Below, in pieces: positions 9,825 through 17,531 of a DNA stretch of 56,949 bases. Source of the DNA: a virus (taxonomy: Duplodnaviria > Caudoviricetes); IMG/VR virus record IMGVR_UViG_3300044568_000318, positions 1 to 56,949 of that record. One strand, written 5' to 3'. The translations under genes were made by a program, and so were the position numbers. Every line of letters starts with the position of its first letter. Within the stretch, counting starts at the first letter, position 1. The notes under the pieces were generated by a model. It was not told where the DNA came from, ran no database searches, and saw only the letters and a list, made by a program, of their open reading frames with translations.

Positions 9825-10475
9825 TCAAGCAAATTCGCAAGTGTCCCGCGCAGGGCAGAACTTGCACAGTCCACTCGGTCGCGCAGGCCAGTTGTCGTTG
9901 GTGTAGGCGTCGTGGATGCGCTGGATGCGAGCCATGATCTCAGCCCAGGCTGAGTTGATGTTGACACGTGTGTACATCTCTGTGTCCATCTCCAGGGTCT
10001 TCAGCCACACCAGTGAGGTCCGCACCCGGTGCACATCCGGGTAGTGCTTGAACACCTGGGCAGCGAAGATCTGCATCTGGAAGAAGTCCGGGTTGCGCTT
10101 GCCGGTCTTCCAGTCCATCACCACAGCGTCAGGACCACGCAGCACCAGCACGTCGAGCTTGCTGCGTAGCCATGCGTCAGGCTCCCACCACCCGGTGGGG
10201 TGCAGGTTCTCGTTCAGCACAAGTTCCTTCTCGATGTGAAGCTCCCCTTCTCGTGCCAACTTCTCGACGGAAGCACACAACGGGTCGTACGCCACAACTT
10301 CTTGGTCGATCTCTGACCCCTTCAGCCTGGCCTCCAGCAGAGCATGTATCCGCTCGCCATACTTCGATGCCTCCCCGCCCTGGTCGCTGACATCCTTGCG
10401 GATACGCTGCCGGTAGTACCGCAGGGGGCAGTTCTCAAACAGCTTGATGGATGAGTAGGAATGCGTCAGGCGCAT
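9825..10475 (-). CDS. PD-(D/E)XK RecB/Cas4-like exonuclease
   Basis: SYSSI...CP, G..IH, KLDV, DWKTG, Q...A and C-terminal CxxCP...C. Confidence 0.85.
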   Translation of the reverse strand: MRLTHSYSSIKLFENCPLRYYRQRIRKDVSDQGGEASKYGERIHALLEARLKGSEIDQEVVAYDPLCASVEKLAREGELHIEKELVLNENLHPTGWWEPDAWLRSKLDVLVLRGPDAVVMDWKTGKRNPDFFQMQIFAAQVFKHYPDVHRVRTSLVWLKTLEMDTEMYTRVNINSAWAEIMARIQRIHDAYTNDNWPARPSGLCKFCPARDTCEFA

Positions 10476-10529
10476 GGCAGTACGCCACGGGGGTGGTCCG
10501 TGGCAGTGTGTTGTGGCCCTGTCGGTATA

Positions 10530-10775
10530 TCACACAGCGGCAGGTTTGTACAAGCGTGCTTCGGGGCCGCACGGGCCCTCTTCGTCTCGGGCGTCGATGC
10601 AGTACCCTGCCCCACCCGCGCCGCCTTGGCGCAGCATCTTGCACCGCATCACACCTTCGCCCTCGTACCCTTCACGCAAGGTGCAGTGCTGGCATCGCTC
10701 ACACTGCTCGCGCTGCTGCCACCACAGGGCCGTTGCCGGGTGGACTCGGAGGAACTCAGAAAGAAGGGTTGCCAT
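10530..10775 (-). CDS. Small Cys-rich hypothetical protein
   Basis: CxxCxxC...C...C...CGP; overlaps the upstream gene. Confidence 0.6.
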   Translation of the reverse strand: MATLLSEFLRVHPATALWWQQREQCERCQHCTLREGYEGEGVMRCKMLRQGGAGGAGYCIDARDEEGPCGPEARLYKPAAV

Positions 10776-11043
10776 ACTCTTCGTCCTCGTCGGGAAGCTG
10801 GATGCCGTGGCGGGCTAGCCGGTCCCTGGCCCACTCGTTGAGATGCGTGACCTTGGGGTCGGGCTGGCCTCGGGCGCACTGACGCCAGCCGTCAGCGATC
10901 ATGCGGTTGCGCTCGGCTGCGGCGACGAGGGCGGCGAAGCGGGTCAGCGCGGGGGTTATCTCCCACTGATCCACCCAGATCATGTCGCGCTTGGTTTCAA
11001 ACCCAGCTTTGCTGGCGACTTCGATGATGTCGTCTCTGGTCAT
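10756..11043 (-). CDS. Hypothetical protein (MTRDDII...RFAALVAAAER type)
   Basis: Coupled start/stop; motif type common in small phage genes. Confidence 0.65.
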   Translation of the reverse strand: MTRDDIIEVASKAGFETKRDMIWVDQWEITPALTRFAALVAAAERNRMIADGWRQCARGQPDPKVTHLNEWARDRLARHGIQLPDEDEEYGNPSF

Positions 11044-11246
11044 GTCTTGCCCCTCAACCACGCATTCCACACGATGCAGCCGATGGTCCACAGCACAGAC
11101 GCTGCGAATGCGCAGGCTGACGCCAAGAAAACCCATTCGTACTCAGGCTTGCGGGTGGCCAGCACTTCGGTGATTGCCTGCACGACGAACACCATGCCTG
11201 TGACCTGTACCGCTGTGCGCGGCCAGAAATAGTCGATCCTTTTCAT
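11040..11246 (-). CDS. Small membrane protein
   Basis: Two hydrophobic segments; ATGA overlaps; GGAGGAG SD. Confidence 0.6.
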   Translation of the reverse strand: MKRIDYFWPRTAVQVTGMVFVVQAITEVLATRKPEYEWVFLASACAFAASVLWTIGCIVWNAWLRGKT

Positions 11247-11536
11247 GTCTTGCTCCTCCCAATCTCAGCCGCAGCCCTGACGATTGCGCGGCGGGTGGCG
11301 GCGTAGGGGTCGGTGCCGTAGGGTTCGATCTCCCAGCGCGCCCCGTCTGTCTGCATCGCCTGCGCAGTACCGTTCTCAATGCCGTCAAAGTCAACTGCGA
11401 TCTTCAACTTCACCGCCAGCCGCAAAGCGTCGGCATCAGAGGTGAGGGGGTTCCAGTTGTAGGACGCAGCAGGGTGGAAGTTCACGCGCAGCCCAGCCGC
11501 CTTCGCAGCGGCCTCAAGCAGTTCGCGGTCGGTCAT
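11243..11536 (-). CDS. Phage protein (WNPL..D.DALRLAVKL type)
   Basis: MTDRELLE...TRRAIVRAAAEIG; AGGAG SD. Confidence 0.7.
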   Translation of the reverse strand: MTDRELLEAAAKAAGLRVNFHPAASYNWNPLTSDADALRLAVKLKIAVDFDGIENGTAQAMQTDGARWEIEPYGTDPYAATRRAIVRAAAEIGRSKT

Positions 11537-11934
11537 GTGTTTCGCTCCTTGCAAGCCTGCTCGATGGCGCGGGCAATGTCGGCAAGCGTAGAGCCGAACT
11601 CGATGATCTTGACCCGCTCCTCCTCCGTCAGGCTCACCCACTCGCGGCGGGGTGGGTGGGCTGTAAACCGCTCCAGCGCCTCTCGATCCCACGCACCGAC
11701 CCAACCGGCTGGCGTTTCCGCAAGCCAGCGAACAATGCACTGGGTTGCCCCTTCTGGATTCGGCGGCTTGATCTCTACCGGCTCCTGCTCCTGCTGCTGC
11801 GCCAGCGCGGCGCGGAGGGCTTCAATTGCTTGCCATCGTTCAGGTCTGTTTGCCTTTTGCGTAAACCCCCATTGGTCTGCCATGAACTCCAACGCCTCCA
11901 GCGCCTGCTGGGCGGCTTTCTTCAAGTCGCTCAT
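11533..11934 (-). CDS. Hypothetical protein
   Basis: ATGA overlaps; QQALEAL...EWVSLTEEE pattern. Confidence 0.65.
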   Translation of the reverse strand: MSDLKKAAQQALEALEFMADQWGFTQKANRPERWQAIEALRAALAQQQEQEPVEIKPPNPEGATQCIVRWLAETPAGWVGAWDREALERFTAHPPRREWVSLTEEERVKIIEFGSTLADIARAIEQACKERNT

Positions 11935-12131
11935 ACCAACCCCGCCGCTGTCAGCACAACCACGCAGATCGCAGCGATCCCGGCCAGGGCGAGAAGCACA
12001 TCGTCAATCACAATGCGCAGCATGTCGTGATCAGGCTCCTCGGGTTCCCCGATGCCGAGATCAGTCGCCGCTTCGGCGGCTTCGGGATGCCTGCCCTGCT
12101 GGTCAAGTCCTTTCGGTATCCTGCTCATCAC
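11931..12131 (-). CDS. Small protein with C-terminal transmembrane helix
   Basis: Coupled to the polymerase stop. Confidence 0.55.
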   Translation of the reverse strand: MMSRIPKGLDQQGRHPEAAEAATDLGIGEPEEPDHDMLRIVIDDVLLALAGIAAICVVVLTAAGLV

Positions 12132-14848
12132 GTATCTCCGTAGTTGTCAGCCATACCGGACTCACATGCAACCGGCAGGTCGGGTGCCCACTTGGGCGGG
12201 GTTGACATCACAGCAACAAGTTGCTGCTCTGCCGCTGCTGCGTCTTCCTTCTTCGCAGTGATGATGATCTCGTCGTGCACCTGGAACGCTGCGCGGTAGT
12301 GCTGCCCGATGGTCGCCATCTGCTCACGGATGACGATGGCTGCGAGTGCCTGGATGCAGTTCTCCACCACCTTGCCTCCGTAGATCTTCGTCCACGGGAT
12401 GTCCTCGATGTCACCGCCAGTGACACGTTCCTTGAGCGCCTTGCGGTATGCCCGTGCGTCCGAGATGTACTCGAAACCGCTGCCGTTCTGACGCAGTGCA
12501 GGATATTGGACCTTGAACCTGCTCGGCAGGTGGATGCCGTCCTTGTCGTAGGGCAACAGCGGGTGGATCTCGCCACCAGTGCCGAAGACCATGTTGCTCA
12601 GGGCGTTGCCGCACCGCTGCCACAACTGCACGATCTTCCAGTTCTCCTGTCGGTACAGCCTGACGATCCGTTCGGCTTCGTGGATGTCGATCACCACGTT
12701 CACTCCACCCTGTCCGATCTCCAGGGTGCGCCGGAACTTCTCGGCACCCATGCCGTAGCCCAGGCCGAGGATGCAGTTGTGGACAATGACTGGTCCTGCC
12801 TCAGTCAGTATCGTGAACCTGTTGCGAGAGCCGCAGTTCAAGATGTCGTATACGTTCCTCCAAGTCAGCCACCTTACGCTTGTTGCGGAGGTTATCGCTG
12901 CGCGATACGAAGCGGATGTTCCCTGGCGCATAAGGGCCGTCCACGTCGACGCGATCCATCTCGAAATCAGGTCGGTCCCAGCCTTCAAGGGTCTGAACGT
13001 ATCGAAGGAAGGACGCTCTATCCCTGCGCCATTCGGGGTGCACATGGATACCACGTCCGCCGTAGTGCTTGAACACACGACAAGTTGGTGTGTGGCATCG
13101 AGTGATTGCCGAAGCGAGGCGATTGAGTAGGCGAGCCCGGTGCTCATCATCTGCCATTGCTTCGCTGTACACCCAATACCGTTTCGCAGCCGCCGAAGTC
13201 TTGGCGCAAAGAGGGCACCGAGTGCTGCGGAAGTCCTTGAAGTTATGGTTGTCAACCAAGTATTCGGCCTCGTTACAGTCACAGCGGACGATGAGTGCAG
13301 CCACTCCTCTTCGGGGGCCAGCCACATAGCCTGTGACGGTAAGTTTTCCGCTCCGGTGTCCAACGCTTGGTAGAGGGTACCTTCGTCGGCTACCACTGAC
13401 TGCGCTTCCAGCCATTGCATCCCTGACCACACTTGGTGATCCGGAGTCAACCAAGCTCCGCACAGACTCAATGTTGGCTTGATGCCGTTGTTCAGTAGTC
13501 CTTGATGGCATACCCACTCCTCTCCATCCCACAGCTTGTCTTCGGTGGTTACCGATTCGATAGGCTTCCACCCGCTGTCGGATAGTACGAGAGTTCCCTC
13601 GGCAATACAAGTCTTGCCTACGAACCGTTCGATCTTGTCCTTCTTCGTGATGTCCCGTCCGTACACCTTGGATGCGAACTCCGAGTACACGTCACGCTTC
13701 TCACGGAACGCTTGCAGGAGGTCCTCCTGTCCTGCGATGTACGCCACCATGCGAGCCTCGATCTGCGAGGAATCACAGGCAATGATCTTGTGGTCCGGTG
13801 GTGCCTTCAGTGCACGGCGGATCGTCGTGTTGCCACGGCTCGGCAGGTTCTGGAGGTTGAGCTTGTCGCCACCACTGAACCGACCCGTGTGGGCACCGTA
13901 GTAGTTCAGCATGATGGGCAGTCGACCACGCCCAGCCACACCGATGAGGGCTTCGGTCCGAGTCTCTTCGATGGTGGACTTGACCCCGAGGCGAGCAGCC
14001 ACTACGTTCTGCACACGCTCGTCAGGATGTTCCAGCAAGTCGGTCATGCCCTTGTCCGTCTTCGCCAGTGCCCATGTCTCCTTACCCGTGGTGCGGCTGA
14101 TCTTCCTCGGTGGGTCCACACCAAGGTTCCCCAGCATCTGAGCGAATGCGTCGTTGCTCATCAGCGCACGGGACATGGGCAGCGTCCCATCCCCATACAC
14201 CACCAACTTGTCCAGCAGTGCTTGCTTGCGTGCACGCACCTCCTTCAGGTGGTCCTCCAGCAGGGGCACGTCGAGTTCGATCACCGGCTCGGTGTACATG
14301 CGCAGCGTCTGGTCGATGACCAGCAACTCACTGGCGGGGAAGCCCACCTTGAGCTTGTCGAACAACTGCTTGGTCATGTTCACGTCGTTGATGCAGTACT
14401 GTCCGTACTGATCAAGGTCACGCTCGGTGAAGTCCGCACGCCGCTTACCCTTGGCAGCGACGACCTCATCCCCCTTCTTGCCGATGCCGTAGTACGCAGT
14501 GAGCGCAGCGAGACTGCCACCCACAGTGATGTTGTGGTTCGGGCGTGCCATGCTGAGGGTGTCGAGCCACAGCCTGGGCTTGATGCCGAAGTGCCACGAG
14601 AGGATGGCACCATCGAACGCTGTGTTGTGGCACAGGATCGCCCGCTTGCGGTAGTCCAGACCCTTGAGGAACTTGCCGATGGCAGCGTGGTCCCCGGTGA
14701 ACCAGTCGGTGGGGTAGTCGTTGACCTTGATCCCCACACCGATGATCTCGAAACGCGGGTCACGGACGTACGCCTCGGTGGTCATCTTCGACAGGCTGTA
14801 CTCATCGTCGTAGTACGTCTCCATGTCTATTGCCACGATGTCCATCAC
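12128..14848 (-). CDS. Family A DNA polymerase (3'-5' exonuclease plus polymerase), intein-containing precursor
   Basis: Exo DMET and HNTAFD; HTGRFSG, NLQNLP; motif A DSSQIEAR; motif B RFVGKT|CILGLGYG; motif C QVHDE; spliced length 628 aa. Confidence 0.95.
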   Translation of the reverse strand: MMDIVAIDMETYYDDEYSLSKMTTEAYVRDPRFEIIGVGIKVNDYPTDWFTGDHAAIGKFLKGLDYRKRAILCHNTAFDGAILSWHFGIKPRLWLDTLSMARPNHNITVGGSLAALTAYYGIGKKGDEVVAAKGKRRADFTERDLDQYGQYCINDVNMTKQLFDKLKVGFPASELLVIDQTLRMYTEPVIELDVPLLEDHLKEVRARKQALLDKLVVYGDGTLPMSRALMSNDAFAQMLGNLGVDPPRKISRTTGKETWALAKTDKGMTDLLEHPDERVQNVVAARLGVKSTIEETRTEALIGVAGRGRLPIMLNYYGAHTGRFSGGDKLNLQNLPSRGNTTIRRALKAPPDHKIIACDSSQIEARMVAYIAGQEDLLQAFREKRDVYSEFASKVYGRDITKKDKIERFVGKTCIAEGTLVLSDSGWKPIESVTTEDKLWDGEEWVCHQGLLNNGIKPTLSLCGAWLTPDHQVWSGMQWLEAQSVVADEGTLYQALDTGAENLPSQAMWLAPEEEWLHSSSAVTVTRPNTWLTTITSRTSAALGALFAPRLRRLRNGIGCTAKQWQMMSTGLAYSIASLRQSLDATHQLVVCSSTTADVVSMCTPNGAGIERPSFDTFRPLKAGTDLISRWIASTWTALMRQGTSASYRAAITSATSVRWLTWRNVYDILNCGSRNRFTILTEAGPVIVHNCILGLGYGMGAEKFRRTLEIGQGGVNVVIDIHEAERIVRLYRQENWKIVQLWQRCGNALSNMVFGTGGEIHPLLPYDKDGIHLPSRFKVQYPALRQNGSGFEYISDARAYRKALKERVTGGDIEDIPWTKIYGGKVVENCIQALAAIVIREQMATIGQHYRAAFQVHDEIIITAKKEDAAAAEQQLVAVMSTPPKWAPDLPVACESGMADNYGDT
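12776..13609 (-). mobile_element. Intein (278 aa) inserted in PolA motif B
   Basis: Block A CIAEGTLV, block B LTPDH, block F VYDI, block G VHN followed by +1 Cys; removal restores motif B. Confidence 0.95.
12801..13511 (-). CDS. HNH-type homing endonuclease nested in an alternative frame of the intein
   Basis: GKLTV...RCDC...RCPLC, RC...YGGRGI.V..EW, DRVDVDGPYAPGNIRF...N..NKR; SD GGAGAGGAG 5 nt before ATG 13511 (alternative ATG 13415). Confidence 0.85.
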   Translation of the reverse strand: MPSRTTEQRHQANIESVRSLVDSGSPSVVRDAMAGSAVSGSRRRYPLPSVGHRSGKLTVTGYVAGPRRGVAALIVRCDCNEAEYLVDNHNFKDFRSTRCPLCAKTSAAAKRYWVYSEAMADDEHRARLLNRLASAITRCHTPTCRVFKHYGGRGIHVHPEWRRDRASFLRYVQTLEGWDRPDFEMDRVDVDGPYAPGNIRFVSRSDNLRNKRKVADLEERIRHLELRLSQQVHDTD

Positions 14849-15087
14849 GGCTTCTCCTTAGCGCCGAGGCGCTTCTTCGTGGCTTGCACCTGCTCAAACT
14901 GCTCCACGATCTCCGGGTAGTTGGTGGTCACAAACGTGTGTAGCGATGGGGTACGGTCCACTTTCGCTTCAAGATTGTTGATGCGCTCCATCAGCATCTT
15001 GATGTAGTACATGACCTCTCGGGGGTCTTGCTCCATACGCCGCATCATGTCCCTTTGGTAGTACGGGTCGTCGTTCCAAGGACTCAT
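14845..15087 (-). CDS. Hypothetical protein
   Basis: Coupled overlaps. Confidence 0.6.
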   Translation of the reverse strand: MSPWNDDPYYQRDMMRRMEQDPREVMYYIKMLMERINNLEAKVDRTPSLHTFVTTNYPEIVEQFEQVQATKKRLGAKEKP

Positions 15088-15260
15088 TTCCCCACCACCC
15101 CCAAGGTGTAGACCCGCAGCAGGCGTGCTTCCACTGCAAGCTCTTCGATGAGGGGCAGATTCTTGTCAGGCTCGCCTTCCAGGAAGTTGTTGTGGATCTC
15201 CCTGAGGAGACGTTCCATCTTGGTCATGATGGGTGCGTAGTCGAACAGTTCTTCGCTCAT
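15084..15260 (-). CDS. Hypothetical protein
   Basis: MSEELFDY...; ATGA overlaps at both ends. Confidence 0.6.
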   Translation of the reverse strand: MSEELFDYAPIMTKMERLLREIHNNFLEGEPDKNLPLIEELAVEARLLRVYTLGVVGK

Positions 15261-15484
15261 TCCAGTATCCGTTTCTGCGTCTTGTACGCGGTGAGGAGTT
15301 CTTTGAGGTGCGGGTCTGCGTTCACTACGAATCGCAGGAAGCCCATCATGTCGAGCAGGAAGGCGAGTTGTTCGCCGTCGAGTTCTACTCGTGTACCGTC
15401 TACATTGGTGAGAATGAGGCTGCTTCCGGCCTTCAGACCCGTTACTCCGAATGGACCACCACTGGACGTTGTGGTGTTGTTCAC
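15257..15484 (-). CDS. Hypothetical protein
   Basis: GTG start overlaps the upstream stop; GGAG SD. Confidence 0.55.
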   Translation of the reverse strand: MNNTTTSSGGPFGVTGLKAGSSLILTNVDGTRVELDGEQLAFLLDMMGFLRFVVNADPHLKELLTAYKTQKRILE

Positions 15485-15702
15485 GAGATCTCCAGCTCGA
15501 TGAGCTTGTCGAGGTAGTGCCTCGCCTTGCGTAGGTCCTCCACCCCTCCCTTCTCCACGTATCGGGCAACGTACTTGATGACGTTGCCCTGCATGAATCC
15601 CTTGACCCGTTCGGGTGACATCCATGCCTGCATCGCATCCCACGGCTGGATCGTCTTGCTCCGATAGTGGTCACCACCCACTTGCACATCGTTCGCACTC
15701 AC
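15481..15702 (-). CDS. DUF3310 / SaV-like protein
   Basis: QVGGDHY...IQPWD...GNVIKYVARY..KGGVEDLRKARHYL. Confidence 0.85.
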   Translation of the reverse strand: MSANDVQVGGDHYRSKTIQPWDAMQAWMSPERVKGFMQGNVIKYVARYVEKGGVEDLRKARHYLDKLIELEIS

Positions 15703-15818
15703 ATCAGGGCCTCCTCGCCTTGGCCTCGGGCCTTGGCGTCTTTGCGTTTGAACCATCGAGCCACAACCTCCCGTTGTGCGTCGGTCTTGAACGGCCATAG
15801 CCACTCAGCCAACGTCAT
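15699..15818 (-). CDS. Small hypothetical protein
   Basis: MTLAEWLWPFKT...; start uncertain. Confidence 0.4.
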   Translation of the reverse strand: MTLAEWLWPFKTDAQREVVARWFKRKDAKARGQGEEALM

Positions 15819-15852
15819 TCCGGGAGGTCGTGCCTCGTCCTTTGTATCGTCC

Positions 15853-16620
15853 TCAGGTCCTGCGTTCACGCAGTACACCAAACATCTTGCGCAGCGCACG
15901 GCTCTGCTCGTCGCACACTGAGTTCACGGCAGACACGATCTTCTGTCCGTCCACCTTCACCTTGCTACCCCAGAAGGGCCACGGTGAGGCAGTGGCAGCG
16001 AACCCCTCGAGGATCGTGTTGTCCACAGTGTTGTTCCGGATGCAGTCGTACAGTTTCTCCCGCCATGCGAGGGAATCCCATTCGGGTTTCTCTGTAATCG
16101 GCATGGGCAGTGAGGCACAGAAGGTGTCCAGTGCACCGATCTTCTCTCGTGTGCGGATGTTGTGCTTGAACTGACGCAGACACGCAAGCCACAACTTCTT
16201 GCGCTCCGGGTCCTCCTCGTACACCAAGGGGTTGAGGCACACACGGGTGTTCAAGTTGAACTTGAGTCCAGGGAAGTACTCGTACCTCTCCCTCGGGTTG
16301 CCATATCGCTCCCCCAGGGCAAGCGGAACGCAGGCATACCGACCCTTCGATAGGCGCTCGAAAGTGAACCGCATGATCCTGGGCAAGGTGGAGCCCACCG
16401 TCACGATGCGGGCTCGCAGTGTGGCAACCGAGGCAACGAACTCCACCGTGTCATCAGGGTAGATGCGGCACAGGGCATTCCCCTTGTGGGATGGGGTGGC
16501 GAAGTAGATGGTGGGGATGCCATCTTCCACGAACATCCTGAGGTAGGAGGTCAGTTGCTTGCCCCTCTCGGGGTTGCGGGGGGTGAACCACTTGGTAACG
16601 TCAGCGTAACTGTGGAACAT
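15853..16620 (-). CDS. Hypothetical protein
   Basis: 255-aa ORF with GAGGAGG SD. Confidence 0.7.
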   Translation of the reverse strand: MFHSYADVTKWFTPRNPERGKQLTSYLRMFVEDGIPTIYFATPSHKGNALCRIYPDDTVEFVASVATLRARIVTVGSTLPRIMRFTFERLSKGRYACVPLALGERYGNPRERYEYFPGLKFNLNTRVCLNPLVYEEDPERKKLWLACLRQFKHNIRTREKIGALDTFCASLPMPITEKPEWDSLAWREKLYDCIRNNTVDNTILEGFAATASPWPFWGSKVKVDGQKIVSAVNSVCDEQSRALRKMFGVLRERRT

Positions 16621-16629
16621 AGCCCCTCC

Positions 16630-17286
16630 TCAGCGGATCATCTTGGCCTGGGTAGCCAGGGCCGTGAGCTTGTTGAGGTCCACCCCGGACAGGTCAGCGG
16701 AGGACTTCTCCCTGGACACCACGGTGCGGTGCCGCTCCTTGTCCTTCTCCGGCACAAGATCCCACAGGGCAGGCCACGCCTTGAGGGCAGGAGCCAGCGT
16801 GGTGAACTGACCGAGGATGGTCTTGACGGACTCCATGAAGTCGGACTGCCGCTTCAGCGTAGCGGTCTTCTTCTCGTGCCACGCAATGGCCAGGGCGCGC
16901 ATCTCATCCCAGAACGGATCCAGCGTTGCATGGAACGTCGGGGAGTAGCCGGACTGTACCCCCTGGATGTTGTTGGACTGCGAATCGTAGGGCACACGTC
17001 GCTTGCCGCTGAGGGGGAAGTCCTTGTGCAGGATGATGCTGCCGGAACTGGAGGTCATGATGCGAGTGATCTTGACCTTCTCCACCTCCTTGAAGTACCC
17101 AACGGGCAACAAGTTCATGCGCTCCAGGTTCTCCGGTCCGATGTACGCATCGAGGATGCGATCACCAGTCATCACCTCAGGCGGGCACTGGAACGCAGCC
17201 ACTGCGTCCACCTGGGGCTGGAAGGATCGCCGTGCATTGGCGATGATGTCGTCCTTCAGGGAGTCAGAGATTCGTACGACTGCCAT
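16630..17286 (-). CDS. Phage protein, possibly Nmad5-like
   Basis: N-terminal VRISDSLKDDII and C-terminal TTLAPALKAWPALWDLVP; AGGAG SD; family call tentative. Confidence 0.55.
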   Translation of the reverse strand: MAVVRISDSLKDDIIANARRSFQPQVDAVAAFQCPPEVMTGDRILDAYIGPENLERMNLLPVGYFKEVEKVKITRIMTSSSGSIILHKDFPLSGKRRVPYDSQSNNIQGVQSGYSPTFHATLDPFWDEMRALAIAWHEKKTATLKRQSDFMESVKTILGQFTTLAPALKAWPALWDLVPEKDKERHRTVVSREKSSADLSGVDLNKLTALATQAKMIR

Positions 17287-17294
17287 GTTCACTC

Positions 17295-17531
17295 CTAGTT
17301 GTGTCTGATCGAGGTCGAGGGATCGTCGGCCATCTTGAGTACGTCCCAGATGTCCGAGCACTGTTGTGTCACCTTGCCGAGGAACTCCTCCTTGGTACTG
17401 CCTGAGTTGAGCCCACCGTGCACGATGAGGTACACGAGGGCATTCATGACGGCATCGAAGTCTCCGCCGTCGATCACTTCGCCAATGTCGTTGGCGAGGC
17501 TCATCACGTCATCACCGATGTCCAGCATCAC
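17295..17531 (-). CDS. Small acidic hypothetical protein
   Basis: Coupled to the VWA gene stop. Confidence 0.55.
   Translation of the reverse strand: MMLDIGDDVMSLANDIGEVIDGGDFDAVMNALVYLIVHGGLNSGSTKEEFLGKVTQQCSDIWDVLKMADDPSTSIRHN

Noticed and set aside
9825-10475. Cas4-like nuclease as evidence of a CRISPR system
   Set aside because: Stand-alone phage exonuclease; no array or other cas genes seen.
12801-13610. Track start TTG 13610 for the HNH ORF
   Set aside because: No SD; ATG 13511 has a strong one.
15481-17286. DNA base-modification system (DUF3310 plus Nmad5-like)
   Set aside because: No modifying enzymes recognised, and the Nmad5 call is tentative.
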